Source: Solirubrobacterales bacterium (lineage in GTDB: Bacteria; Actinomycetota; Thermoleophilia; Solirubrobacterales; Solirubrobacteraceae). From it: 64,000 nt of DNA. The position numbers were made by a program, and so were the translations under genes. Positions 40,507 through 50,317 of this stretch are shown here, in pieces. A model generated the notes under the pieces. It did not search any database, was not told where the DNA came from, and worked only from the letters and a program-made list of their open reading frames with translations. Positions within the stretch are counted from its first letter, which is position 1; every line of letters begins with the position of its first letter. Location: NCBI GenBank assembly GCA_038321325.1, contig JBBQEV010000002.1:26127-90126 (forward strand), given 5' to 3'.

Positions 40507-41256
40507 CTAGAACACCGAGCGGGTCTTGCCGCCGTCGACGGCAAGGGTCTCGCCGGTGATGTACGTCGCCCGCGCGGAGCAGAGGAACACCGCCGCCGCG
40601 GCGAACTCCTCGGGCCCGCCGAGCCGCTCGATCGGGATCGTCCGCCGGGCCTCCTCGTCGATCGGCGCGCGCGGGGCCGAGTCGAGGATGCGCGCGGTGG
40701 CGAACGAGCCCGGGAGCAGCGTGTTGAGCGTGACGCCGTCGGCGGCGACCTCGGCGGCGATCGTCTTGAACGCGGTGACCATGGCGGCGCGGTGGCAGTT
40801 GGAGAGCATGAGCCCCGCGATCGGCTCGCGGACGCTGGTCGACGCGACGTTGACCACCCGCCCGAAGCGCCGTTCGCGCATGCCGGGCAGCACGTGCTCC
40901 ACGAGCGCCAGCGGCGCGAGCACGAGCGTCCGGTAGGCGCGCTCCCACTCCTCGCGGGCGAAGGCGAGCGGGTCCGCCCCCCGTGGCGGGCCGCCGGTGT
41001 TCGTCACCAGCACGTCGACCGGGCCGAGCGCCTCGGTGACCGCGGCCAGCAGCCCGGGTGCGGCGTCCAGGTCGGCGGTGTCCCAGACGAAGCCCGTCGC
41101 GCCGATCTCCTCGGCGGTCGCGTCGATGCGCTCCGGGCTGCGCGAGGTGATCGCGACCGTCGCGCCCTCCGCGACGAGCTCGGCGGCGATCGCGCGCCCG
41201 AGCCCCGTGGACGCACCGCCGACGAGCGCCACCCTGCCTTGCAGTCCGAGGTCCAT
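40507..41256 (-). CDS. SDR family oxidoreductase
   Basis: GGASTGLG, NTGGP and YITGETLAVDGG. Confidence 0.9.
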   Translation of the reverse strand: MDLGLQGRVALVGGASTGLGRAIAAELVAEGATVAITSRSPERIDATAEEIGATGFVWDTADLDAAPGLLAAVTEALGPVDVLVTNTGGPPRGADPLAFAREEWERAYRTLVLAPLALVEHVLPGMRERRFGRVVNVASTSVREPIAGLMLSNCHRAAMVTAFKTIAAEVAADGVTLNTLLPGSFATARILDSAPRAPIDEEARRTIPIERLGGPEEFAAAAVFLCSARATYITGETLAVDGGKTRSVF

Positions 41257-41283
41257 GGGGCGGATCCTAGGCGCGGCGGGGCA

Positions 41284-41357
41284 TGGGCGGTGAGGGGCTC
41301 GAACCCCCGACTTCCTCGTTGTAAGCGAGGCGCTCTGACCAGCTGAGCTAACCGCCC
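41284..41357 (-). tRNA. tRNA-Val(TAC)
   Basis: GGGCGGTTAGCTCAGCTGG...CTTACAA...GGTTCGAGCC. Confidence 0.94.
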
Positions 41358-41466
41358 GCGCCCAGACGCTACCGCGCCCGCGCCGGTCGGGTGCGGTGCG
41401 GGCCGGCGGCTCGCGTGGGCTCTTCGCCGCCGCGGGCGCGGCGCACGGCCGGCGTCTAGGCTCGGC

Positions 41467-42384
41467 GTGGTGCCCGTCGGCGTGATCGTCCCCGTCCACG
41501 GCTTCGCGCCGTACCTCGCCGAGGCGCTCGACGCCGTCCTGGCCGAGCGGCCGGCGGCCGTCGTCGTCGTCGACGACGGGTCGTCGCTGCCGGTCGCGCT
41601 GCACGCCGACCACGTGGCGGCCGGCGTGCGGCTCGTGCGCCGCGAGGTCGCCGGCGGGCCGGCGCAGGCGCGCGCGGCAGGGCTCGCGGCGCTCGAGGGC
41701 GAGCTGGAGACCGTGGCGCTCTGCGACGCCGACGACGCCTGGGCGCCCGGGCTCCTGGCGGCGCTGACGGGTGCGCTTGACGCCGAGCCGGAGCCCGGCG
41801 CGGGCTGGGCGTTCGGGCGGGCGCTCGTCGTCGGTCCCGACGGCCGGCCGACCGGGGAGCAGTGGGCGCGGCCGGCCGGCGGCCGCCACCCGGCCGCGGG
41901 GTTCGGGCGGGAGCTCTACCGGGCCAACCCGATCCCCACCTCGAGCGTCGCGCTGCGCCGCTCCGCGCTGAGCGCGGCGGGTGGCTTCGCCGGACCGGTG
42001 CGTGTCGCGGAGGACTGGGAGCTGTGGCTGCGCCTTGCGCGCGCTGGCCAGGACGCGGTCTGCGTGCCCGAGGCCACGGTGCGCTACCGTCGCCACCCGG
42101 ACGGCCTCACCGCGGACGTCGCCCGGCTCGCCCGCGCGCAGCTCGCGCTCCATGCCGTGCACGCCGATCTCGTCGGCCCGGAGGAGCACGCGGCCGCCGA
42201 GGCGCGAGACCTCGCGGCGCTCGCTGACGGCCTCGCCCACGACGGCGACCGCCGGGGCGCGCGGGGCGCCTGGGCGCAGGTCGCCTCGCGCCGGCCCCTG
42301 AGCGGTCGCGAGCGCGCGAAGCGCGCGGCACTCGGGCTGCCGGGGGGCGACCGGCTGCTGGGGGGCGGCGACCCGTACCGCTGA
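41467..42384 (+). CDS. GT2 glycosyltransferase
   Basis: VVDDGS, DADD and EDWELWLR. Confidence 0.88.
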   Translation: MVPVGVIVPVHGFAPYLAEALDAVLAERPAAVVVVDDGSSLPVALHADHVAAGVRLVRREVAGGPAQARAAGLAALEGELETVALCDADDAWAPGLLAALTGALDAEPEPGAGWAFGRALVVGPDGRPTGEQWARPAGGRHPAAGFGRELYRANPIPTSSVALRRSALSAAGGFAGPVRVAEDWELWLRLARAGQDAVCVPEATVRYRRHPDGLTADVARLARAQLALHAVHADLVGPEEHAAAEARDLAALADGLAHDGDRRGARGAWAQVASRRPLSGRERAKRAALGLPGGDRLLGGGDPYR

Positions 42385-42398
42385 GGTCCGAGCCGCGC

Positions 42399-42525
42399 GA
42401 AGGCGGATGCGGCGCTGGGGCGACCGGATGTGCCTTCTCGGACGCCGAGGTTCTGGCCACCGGTTCGCGAGAAGGCGGATGCGGCGGTAGGGCGACCGGA
42501 TGTGCCTTCTCGGACGCCGAGGTTC
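42399..42525. repeat. Two tandem 55-bp hairpin-forming repeats (REP-like)
   Basis: 42399-42453 and 42471-42525 differ at 2 positions; each contains GAAGGC...GCCTTC. Confidence 0.8.
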
Positions 42526-43423
42526 AAGCCTGGTGCGCGGCAACCCCCGAGGCGCGGCGCCGGCGCCAGCGGCGCAGTGGCCGGTTCGGCACGAGGCGCC
42601 CCAGCTCGAACGCCCACACCGCGGGGCCGTCGAGGAGGCCCACCGTCGCAGCGTCGCGGTCGCCCTCGGCGAGCGCCCGCGCGCCGGCGAGGGCGCGCAT
42701 CAGGCCCCAGCGCACCAGCCCGGGCCAGCCGCGCGCGGGAAGCGCCCCCGGCCAGCGGCGCGCGAGCCAGCCGGCGCCGGCGCCGTGACGGAAGCGCTGC
42801 GCGAGCATCGCCCGCAGCCGCGGACGGTTCGCGTGGACCACCGTCGCGCCGGGGCGCGACGCGATCTCCCAGCCGGCGGCCCTCAGCCGCCAGCACAGGT
42901 CGGCGTCACCCCCGGAGCGCACCGCCGCGCAGAACCCGCCGGCCGCGGCGAAGGCGCTGCGCCGGACCGCCGCGTTCGCCGTCTGCGCGAACGCCCACTC
43001 GCCGTGCGCGAGCACCACCTCCTGCGACATCGCCCCCTTCAAAGCGGAGAAGCGCGACGCGGCGCCCGTCCCCGGCGCGGCGTCGGCGATCCCGCCCGCG
43101 AGCACGCCGACCGCCGGCCCCGGCGGCGGATCGAAGAGCGCGTCGAGCAGCCCGGCCTCCGGCGTGACGTCGGCATCGAGGAAGAGCAGCCACTCGGCGA
43201 CTCCACGCGCGGCCCCGCGATTTCGCGCGTAGTACGACGTCCGCACCTCCGCGGCCACGAGCACATCGGCGTCGGCGAGGCCCAGGCCGCGGTTGTCGAC
43301 CACGGTGAGCGTGTCTCCCGGCCGGAGATCGAGCGTCGTGCGCAGCCGCGCCATCACCGCCCGCAGACCGTCCTCGTCCGCCGCCGCGACCGGCACCACC
43401 ACGTCGACGGCTGGACGCCCCAT
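42524..43423 (-). CDS. GT2 glycosyltransferase
   Basis: YARNRG, FLDAD and GGDADLCWR. Confidence 0.88.
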   Translation of the reverse strand: MGRPAVDVVVPVAAADEDGLRAVMARLRTTLDLRPGDTLTVVDNRGLGLADADVLVAAEVRTSYYARNRGAARGVAEWLLFLDADVTPEAGLLDALFDPPPGPAVGVLAGGIADAAPGTGAASRFSALKGAMSQEVVLAHGEWAFAQTANAAVRRSAFAAAGGFCAAVRSGGDADLCWRLRAAGWEIASRPGATVVHANRPRLRAMLAQRFRHGAGAGWLARRWPGALPARGWPGLVRWGLMRALAGARALAEGDRDAATVGLLDGPAVWAFELGRLVPNRPLRRWRRRRASGVAAHQA

Positions 43424-43569
43424 GCAGCGGGGACCCTAGTGCCGCGGTTGAGCGCAATGCGGGCGAGCGCCGTCGAGCGCCGCTGTTCGGCCTGCCGCCG
43501 GCCGGCCGCACCCGCGCCCGCACCCCACCGCCCGGTCCGCGCGAACCTTGCCATACTGATCCTCCCCTA

Positions 43570-43643
<74 letters not shown>

Positions 43644-43687
43644 CTCCCGCGGAGCAGCCGCGAGCTGCGACGACGCTGCGCCGACGT

Positions 43688-44221
43688 TCAGGAAACCGCG
43701 TCGGCCGCCGGGCTGACCGTGGGCTCGGCGTCCTCTCCGGACGGGGTTGCCGTTGGTTCGGCGTCCCCTTCGGGGCACTCTGCCGGCGCGTCGTCGTGCT
43801 CCTGCGCGTCGGCGGGCGCGGGCGTGCGGTATCCGTCGCTGCCGCTCGGGAGGGCGAGGTTCTCGATGGCCTGCGCGGCCAGCAGTCGGCGCACCAGTTG
43901 CCCGATCTCCTGGCCGCTGAGCCCGAGCGTCTGCCGGAGCTCGGCCTTCGTGATCCCGGGGCGCTCGCCGATCAGCTCAAGTGCCCGGGCGCGCAGCGCC
44001 TCGCGTTCGGCCGGCGCCTTCGCGGTCTGCCCGCCGCGCGTCCTGCGGGTCTGCCGACGTGACGTGCGCGGCGCGGACGCTGATGGCGGCGGTGCGGACT
44101 GCGGCCGGGCTTCCAACGCGCTCAGCGCCTGCTCGAGACGCGCGAGCTCGTCGACGGCGGGACGCAGCGCGTCGAGGCGGGCCCGGATCTGGGTTCGTAC
44201 GTCTTCAAGAAGATCGGCCAT
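43688..44221 (-). CDS. Coiled-coil plus winged-HTH hypothetical protein
   Basis: N-terminal amphipathic helix and an HTH-like segment ERPGITKAELRQTLGLS. Confidence 0.6.
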   Translation of the reverse strand: MADLLEDVRTQIRARLDALRPAVDELARLEQALSALEARPQSAPPPSASAPRTSRRQTRRTRGGQTAKAPAEREALRARALELIGERPGITKAELRQTLGLSGQEIGQLVRRLLAAQAIENLALPSGSDGYRTPAPADAQEHDDAPAECPEGDAEPTATPSGEDAEPTVSPAADAVS

Positions 44222-44302
44222 CGGGGGCGAGCCTAGCCACTGGGCGTGTGCGCCGGCGGTGACCGTCCGCGAGCGGCCTTGGGTCGACGCCGTCCGACGG
44301 AC

Positions 44303-44641
44303 CTACTTGGCGGCGCTGGCGGCGCATTGCGTGGCCGCCTTGCTGACTGCCGCCGGCGTCTTGCCCCCGTTGACCTCCTTGTCGAGCGCGAGGATCTTCT
44401 CGGCGTCGTTGCCTGCGGCGGACAGCTTGTCGCCGATGCAGTCGCAGAGGGGCTTGTCGGCGGCCTTGCCCTGCTGGCAGTCCTTCGACAGCGTGGCCTT
44501 GGCCTCGGCGAGCGACTTGGGCTTCTCGGCGCTGGAGCCGCAGGCGGCCGCCGCGCCGGTGGCCATGACGGCGGCGAGCACGGCGAGGAGGTTCCGCCCG
44601 GTGACGTTTCCCTCCGCGGTCTGACGGTGACGAGTGGGCAC
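44303..44641 (-). CDS. Putative lipoprotein
   Basis: Hydrophobic stretch with a lipobox-like AAAC and CDC; start uncertain. Confidence 0.6.
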   Translation of the reverse strand: MPTRHRQTAEGNVTGRNLLAVLAAVMATGAAAACGSSAEKPKSLAEAKATLSKDCQQGKAADKPLCDCIGDKLSAAGNDAEKILALDKEVNGGKTPAAVSKAATQCAASAAK

Positions 44642-44732
44642 GGCAGCGAACCTACGGGCCGGGGGTCCCGGGCGTCAAGAGGATCTTCGGCGTCGATCTC
44701 GCGTGCCTGTTGAGATGCGCCGGCCGCCGCCG

Positions 44733-44969
44733 CTACCCGCCGAGCACCTCGCGGACGTAGTCCTCGCGGATGTGGTCGGGCTGTCGCAGCATCCAGATCT
44801 GCTCCGCCTGCTCGCCACGGCCGAACGCCTCCGCCGCGTACGAGCGGCGGAGCGACCGCGACTGACGGAGCATCCACGCGTGCTCTGCGTCCGCCGCGTA
44901 GCGGGCGGCCGCGCGCGGGATCGCGTCGGGGGCGGTGAGCACTCGACGTTCGAGGGCTGGAGACGACAC
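44733..44969 (-). CDS. Small protein with a duplicated WMLRQ...R.[SD]Y motif
   Basis: WMLRQSRSLRRSY and WMLRQPDHIREDY. Confidence 0.55.
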   Translation of the reverse strand: MSSPALERRVLTAPDAIPRAAARYAADAEHAWMLRQSRSLRRSYAAEAFGRGEQAEQIWMLRQPDHIREDYVREVLGG

Positions 44970-45059
44970 CCTGCGAGCCTAGGAGGAGGCTCGCACCCCT
45001 GTGTCCGTCACGCACGCTGCCGGACGGCGGAGGGCCGGGGCGGGAGCGGCGCCCCGTGT

Positions 45060-45551
45060 TCACGACGTCGGTCCGTCCGCGCGTGCGCGCGCCGGCGCTC
45101 CCGCGACCTCGGCGCCGGGCGGGACGTCCCGGGTGCAGACGGAATGCGCGAGCACCGTGGCCGCACGGCCGACCGTGACGCCGCGGAGCACCGCGGCCCC
45201 CGGGCCGAGCGCCGCCCCCGCCGCGATCCGGACGGGCGCGGCGCGAGAGCCCTGCTCGCGGACCGGGCGCTCGACGTCGTCGAGGACGGGGGCGGCGTCG
45301 ATCAGCACGCACTCCGGGCCGAGCCGGGCGCCCGCCTCCACGGTGATCGCCATCTGCGCGACGAGGCGGCAGCCCTCGTCGAGGACGCCCTCTACGACGA
45401 TGAGCGCGCCGGGTGCGGCGCGCAGCTCGCAGCGGTCGCCGATCACGGCGGCGGGGCCGAGCACGATGCGTCCGCCGTCCGCCGCGAGCACCACCCGGCG
45501 GCCGATCCGCGCGCCCGCCGCCCGCTCGACCCCGGGGGCGCTGCGCTTCAC
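45060..45551 (-). CDS. Hexapeptide-repeat acyltransferase-like protein
   Basis: VLRGVTVG..ATV.AHSVCTRDVP...AGAPAR; GTGA coupling with the upstream gene. Confidence 0.8.
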   Translation of the reverse strand: MKRSAPGVERAAGARIGRRVVLAADGGRIVLGPAAVIGDRCELRAAPGALIVVEGVLDEGCRLVAQMAITVEAGARLGPECVLIDAAPVLDDVERPVREQGSRAAPVRIAAGAALGPGAAVLRGVTVGRAATVLAHSVCTRDVPPGAEVAGAPARARADGPTS

Positions 45552-46216
45552 GCCGTCCGTCGCTCGCGCTCGCGCCGCCAGGCCTCGCGCAGCCACTGGC
45601 GCCCCCAGTCGAGCCCGAAGCGGGCGCGGGCGCGCCGCTCGGTCTTCGGCGGGGTCCGGGCGCTCGGCACGACTCCGGCCCCGAGCGCCCGCGCCGCGCG
45701 GTCGGCGATCTCGAGCTGCCCGAGCGCGGTGGGGTGGACGGCGTCGGGGAGCATCCAGCGCCAGCCTGCGAGGTCGTCGAGCGCCACGACCGTGCCCCCG
45801 ACCGCGCCCGCCGCCGCCCGGATCGCGGCGTTCGCGGCCGCGACGTTCTCTCCCGCGCGCGTTCGCCCGAGGTCACGCGGGACGGTGAGCAGCAGCAGCC
45901 GCGCGCAGCACGGCGCCAGCCCGGCGCAGATGCCTCGCACGTCGCGGTCGAACGCCGCGCGGTCGAAGCCCGGCTCGCGTGCGTCGTTGACCCCGACGAA
46001 GAGCACCCCGAGGTCGTATGCGCGGCGGACGCGCGGGAGCTGGCCGGCGCGCACGTCTGCGGCGCGCGCGCCGCAGACCGCGTAGTTCGTGTACGGGAGG
46101 TCGAGCGCCTGGGCGAGCCAGAGCGCCCAGGAGCGCCCGTCGACGCCGAGGACGATCCCGCCCTCGCCGTAGGTGATGGAGTCGCCGAGGGCGACGAGTC
46201 CGGCGCGCTCGCTCAT
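45548..46216 (-). CDS. SGNH/GDSL hydrolase
   Basis: GDSIT, GVND and DAVHP. Confidence 0.88.
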   Translation of the reverse strand: MSERAGLVALGDSITYGEGGIVLGVDGRSWALWLAQALDLPYTNYAVCGARAADVRAGQLPRVRRAYDLGVLFVGVNDAREPGFDRAAFDRDVRGICAGLAPCCARLLLLTVPRDLGRTRAGENVAAANAAIRAAAGAVGGTVVALDDLAGWRWMLPDAVHPTALGQLEIADRAARALGAGVVPSARTPPKTERRARARFGLDWGRQWLREAWRRERERRTA

Positions 46217-46282
46217 CCGTGCGGGAGTCTCGCGGATGGGGCGCTCTGATGCGTGACCCGGGCCTCATGTCGACACGTTGAT

Positions 46283-46312
46283 GATGCTGGTATCGCATCT
46301 TGATGCTATCGT
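46283..46312 (+). promoter_or_regulatory. vapBC operator/promoter
   Basis: Alternating GATGC / GCATC / GATGC half-sites, then TATCGT 6 nt before the ATG. Confidence 0.55.
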
Positions 46313-46318
46313 TCATGC

Positions 46319-46552
46319 ATGCGGACGACGATCACCTTCGCCGACGACGTAGCCGCGCTGATCGAGCGACGACGCAGGGAGGACGGGACGGGCGTCTCCG
46401 AGGTGGTCAACGACCTCGTCCGCCGCGGGGCCATCGCCGAACACCGGCCGCCGCCGCCCCCGCTGCCCCTTCCGAGCTTCGACCTCGGGCTGACCATCGA
46501 CGTCCGCTGCACCGGCGAGGTTCTCGCGATGCTCGACGAGCAGGACGGCTGA
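46319..46552 (+). CDS. vapB: RHH antitoxin (VapB-like)
   Basis: MRTTITFADDV...SEVVNDLVRRG. Confidence 0.85.
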   Translation: MRTTITFADDVAALIERRRREDGTGVSEVVNDLVRRGAIAEHRPPPPPLPLPSFDLGLTIDVRCTGEVLAMLDEQDG

Positions 46553-46978
46553 GTGCTCATCGACGTCAACCTGCTGCTCTACGCATCCGACCGCAGGAGC
46601 CCCGATCACGCGAAGGCATCCGAGTGGATGGCCGGCGTCCTCGACGGTTCGCGTCAAGTCGGCATCCCGTGGTCGTCGTTGGCAGGCTTCCTGCGCATCA
46701 GCACCAACGGGCGAGCGTCACCGACCCCGTTGAGCGCAGAGGAAGCGTGGAGGTTCGTCGACGCCGTCCTCACCAACGCTGCAGTCTGGATCCCGGCGCC
46801 GACGTCGCGCCACGCCGAGGTCTTCCGCGGGCTCATGGAGCGCCATCACGCCACCGGCAACCTGGTCCCAGACGTTGAGCTTGCCGCGCTCGCCTACGAG
46901 CACGGCCTCACGGTCTACTCGGCCGACCACGACTTCGCGCGCTTCACGGAGATCCGCTGGGTGGATCCTCTCGCCTGA
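46553..46978 (+). CDS. vapC: PIN toxin (VapC-like)
   Basis: IDVNLLLYA, GNLVPD..LAALA.EHG and SADHDF. Confidence 0.9.
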   Translation: MLIDVNLLLYASDRRSPDHAKASEWMAGVLDGSRQVGIPWSSLAGFLRISTNGRASPTPLSAEEAWRFVDAVLTNAAVWIPAPTSRHAEVFRGLMERHHATGNLVPDVELAALAYEHGLTVYSADHDFARFTEIRWVDPLA

Positions 46979-47005
46979 CCGCAACGCCGGGTGGATCGCC
47001 GTCGC

Positions 47006-48244
47006 TCAGCCCGGCAACCGCCCTGCCGCCCGCGTCGCCGCGCGCAGCCGCGTCGCGTGCGCGGGCGTGAGCTGGCCGGGCTCGAGCTTCCAGCGCCACG
47101 ACCTTCCCTTCGTCCCCGGGACGTTCATCCGCGCCTCCGAGCCGAGCCCGAGCGCGTCCTGCGCGGCGAGCATCGCGACGGGGCACGGCGAGGAGAACGC
47201 GAGGCGCACGAGCGCCCAGTGCTCGTCGCCCGCGCGCTCCGCGATGCCCCGCGCCGCGAGCGCGGCGGCCAGGCTGGTCCGCTGCTCTGCGGAGGCGCCC
47301 GCGTACCAGCCGGCCGCGGTGTCCGTGTCGTGTGTAGAGACGTAGATCCACCGGTCCTCGGCGTGGTTCTCGGGGCGGTGCGGGCCGTTGGGGTCGTCCG
47401 GGTCGAAGCCGAACAGGGTGACGAGCATCCCCGGGAACCCGAGCTCTTGGCGCAGCCGGGTCACGGGCTCGGTGATGAGCCCGAGGTCCTCGGCGATGAC
47501 CTCGAGCTCGCCGAGCTCCCGCGCCGCGGCGTCGAACACGGCCCGGCCCGGCCCGCGCCGCCACCGGCCGCCGACTGCGGTTTCGGCGTCGCCGGCCACC
47601 GCCCAGTAGGCCACGAAGGCCCGGAAGTGGTCTATGCGGGTGACGTCGAAGAGGTCGAAGGTGCGGCGCAGGCGCTCGGTCCACCAGCGGTAGCCGCGCC
47701 GCTGCAGCGCGGGCCAGTCGTACAGCGGGTTGCCCCAGAGCTGGCCGTCCTGCGCCATCGCGTCGGGGGGCGCGCCGGCCTGTCCCGTGGACAGGAACAG
47801 CTCAGGCCACGTCTGGTGGTCGGCGCCGCCCGGCGCGACGTAGATCGGGACGTCGCCGACGAGCCGGATCCCGCGGGACGCCGCGTACGCGCGCAGCGCG
47901 GCCCACTCGCGCTCGAAGCGCACTTGGTCCTCAACGGCGCCCGCGCCGGCGAACGCCTCCCACCCGGCGATCCAGTAGCCGTGCCGCGCGCGAAACGCCA
48001 CGACCTCGTCCGCGGAGACGGGCGCCTCGGGCTCGGCCAGCAGCCCGCTCCACGCCGCGAACGCGCTCGCCGCCTTGTACGGCGAGCGGTGCTCGTCGGG
48101 CGGCCCGAGCGGCAGCACCTGCCAGTAGGTCTGCCCCGCCGCGGCCAGCCAGTCGACGAACGCGTACGCGGACGGGCCGAGGCGGCCGTCGGGCAGCGCG
48201 GTGAGGTGGAGCTGGACGCCGGAGCGTCGGGGGGCGGGGGACAC
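47006..48244 (-). CDS. malQ: 4-alpha-glucanotransferase
   Basis: WQVLPLGP, GDVPIYV, RIDHFR, AEDLG and THD. Confidence 0.93.
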   Translation of the reverse strand: MSPAPRRSGVQLHLTALPDGRLGPSAYAFVDWLAAAGQTYWQVLPLGPPDEHRSPYKAASAFAAWSGLLAEPEAPVSADEVVAFRARHGYWIAGWEAFAGAGAVEDQVRFEREWAALRAYAASRGIRLVGDVPIYVAPGGADHQTWPELFLSTGQAGAPPDAMAQDGQLWGNPLYDWPALQRRGYRWWTERLRRTFDLFDVTRIDHFRAFVAYWAVAGDAETAVGGRWRRGPGRAVFDAAARELGELEVIAEDLGLITEPVTRLRQELGFPGMLVTLFGFDPDDPNGPHRPENHAEDRWIYVSTHDTDTAAGWYAGASAEQRTSLAAALAARGIAERAGDEHWALVRLAFSSPCPVAMLAAQDALGLGSEARMNVPGTKGRSWRWKLEPGQLTPAHATRLRAATRAAGRLPG

Positions 48245-48366
48245 GAGGCTCTCCTGCCCGCGGCGGGCCGGCTCGTCACGCGCGAGCGCGCGAACTGAAA
48301 AGACGGGCGCCGCACCTTCTCTTCACACGATCGTGCGTCATCTGTGCACCAAGTGGATAAGGCTCA

Positions 48367-50271
48367 ATGTCGATGCCTGTCCCCGCACGCCGTCAGCCGC
48401 CCGCCCGGATCCTGATCGAGCGCCCCGAGCCGAGCGTGGACGCCGGCCGCTACCCGGCCAAGGCGTGCGTCGGGGATGAGGTTCCCGTCTCCGCCGACCT
48501 CTTCCGCGACGGGCACGAGGTGCTGCGGGCCGTGGTGCGCTACCGCGCGCCGGGCGACAAGGGCTGGAGCGAGGCGCCGCTTACGCCCTACGACGCCGAT
48601 CGCGGCGGCAACGGCTTCGCGGGCGCCTTCCCCGTCGACCGCCAGGGGCACTGGAGTTTTGCCTTCGAGGCCTGGGCCGACGCCTTCGGCTCGTGGCGCA
48701 CGGAGGTCACGCGCAAGCTCGACGCCCATCAGGAGGACCTGAGCAGCGAGCTGCTCGAGGGTCGGGTGATCGTGGAGGCGATCGCCGCGCGCGCGAAGGG
48801 CGCCGACCGCGCGCGGCTCACCGCCGTCCTGGCCGAGTGGACGCTCGACGAGGCGATCTCCGTCGATGTCGCGGAGGCCGCCGGGCGCTGGCCGGACCGG
48901 GGGCAAGGGACCCGCACCCCGCCGCTCGCGCTCGACGTCGACCGCGTCCGCGCCCGCTGCGGCGCCTGGTATGAGCTCGTCCCCCGCTCGTGGGGCGGCC
49001 TGCGGGGCACCGCGAAGGTCGTGCCCCAGCTCGCCGCGCTCGGCTTCGACGTCCTCTACCTGCCGCCGATCCATCCGATCGGGGTCAAGAACCGCAAGGG
49101 CCTCAACAACGCGGTGACCGCCGGGCCCGGCGACCCGGGCTCGCCGTGGGCGATCGGCTCCCCGGACGGCGGCCACGACGCGATCCACCCGGAGCTCGGC
49201 ACCGAGCAGGACTTCGCGGCGCTCGTGGCCGCCTGCCGCGTGCACGACATGGACCTCGCGCTGGACTTCGCGATCCAGTGCTCGGCCGACCACCCGTGGC
49301 TGGCCACCCACCCCGAGTGGTTCTCCCAGCGCCCCGACGGCACGCTGAAGTACGCGGAGAACCCACCGAAGAAGTACCAGGACATCTACAACGTCAACTG
49401 GGACACCGAGGACTGGGAGGCGCTGTGGCAGGCGCTCCTGGAGGTCGTCCGGCACTGGGTCGCCCAGGGCGTCCGCGTCTTCCGCGTCGACAACCCGCAC
49501 ACCAAGCCGTTCGCGTTCTGGGAGTGGCTGATCAAGGAGATCCGCGCCGACGAGCCCGACGTCGTCTTCCTCGCCGAGGCGTTCACCAAGGCCGCCGTCA
49601 TGCGCGCGCTGGCGAAGATCGGCTTCAGCCAGAGCTACACGTACTTCACCTGGAAGAACTCACGCCACGAGCTGACGGAGTACATGATCGAGCTCACCCG
49701 GTCGGGCATGCAGGACTACTACCGCCCCAACTTCTTCACCAACACGCCCGACATCCTCTCGGAGTACCTCCAGCACGGCGGGCCGCCGGCGTTTCACGCC
49801 CGCCTCGTGCTCGCCGCCACGCTCTCGCCGAGCTACGGCATCTACTCGGGCTACGAGCGCTTCGAGAACGTGCCCGTCCGGCCGGGCTCGGAGGAGTACC
49901 TCGACTCGGAGAAGTACGAGGCCCAGCAGCGCCGGCTCGACGGCCCGCTGCTGCCCGTGGTCCACAAGCTCAACGCGCTGCGCCGCGCACACCCCGCGCT
50001 GCAGCACCTGGCCGACGTGCGCTTCCTGGGCACGGAGAACGACCAGCTCATCGCCTACGTCAAGCGCCACGGCGCCGACACGGTCGTCACCGTCGTCAAC
50101 CTCGACCCCTTCGCGACGCAGGAGGGGATCGCCGACGTCCCCTACGAGAGCGGGCTGCCGCCGGCCTACGAGGTCCGCGACGGCCTCACCGGCGAGCGCT
50201 TCACGTGGTACGTCGGCCGCAACTTCGTCCGCCTGGCTCCGGGCGCCGCCCACGTCCTGGAGGTCCTGTGA
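48367..50271 (+). CDS. glgE: Maltosyltransferase GlgE
   Basis: [22 protein letters not shown] and SEKYE. Confidence 0.96.
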   Translation: MSMPVPARRQPPARILIERPEPSVDAGRYPAKACVGDEVPVSADLFRDGHEVLRAVVRYRAPGDKGWSEAPLTPYDADRGGNGFAGAFPVDRQGHWSFAFEAWADAFGSWRTEVTRKLDAHQEDLSSELLEGRVIVEAIAARAKGADRARLTAVLAEWTLDEAISVDVAEAAGRWPDRGQGTRTPPLALDVDRVRARCGAWYELVPRSWGGLRGTAKVVPQLAALGFDVLYLPPIHPIGVKNRKGLNNAVTAGPGDPGSPWAIGSPDGGHDAIHPELGTEQDFAALVAACRVHDMDLALDFAIQCSADHPWLATHPEWFSQRPDGTLKYAENPPKKYQDIYNVNWDTEDWEALWQALLEVVRHWVAQGVRVFRVDNPHTKPFAFWEWLIKEIRADEPDVVFLAEAFTKAAVMRALAKIGFSQSYTYFTWKNSRHELTEYMIELTRSGMQDYYRPNFFTNTPDILSEYLQHGGPPAFHARLVLAATLSPSYGIYSGYERFENVPVRPGSEEYLDSEKYEAQQRRLDGPLLPVVHKLNALRRAHPALQHLADVRFLGTENDQLIAYVKRHGADTVVTVVNLDPFATQEGIADVPYESGLPPAYEVRDGLTGERFTWYVGRNFVRLAPGAAHVLEVL

Positions 50272-50317
50272 GCGGCGCAGTATTGCGGGCTGCGCACAAA
50301 GCTGCAACGGAGGCCGC

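Noticed and set aside
42399-42525. Possible CRISPR array
   Set aside because: Only two 55-bp units with a 17-bp gap, and no cas genes in the window.
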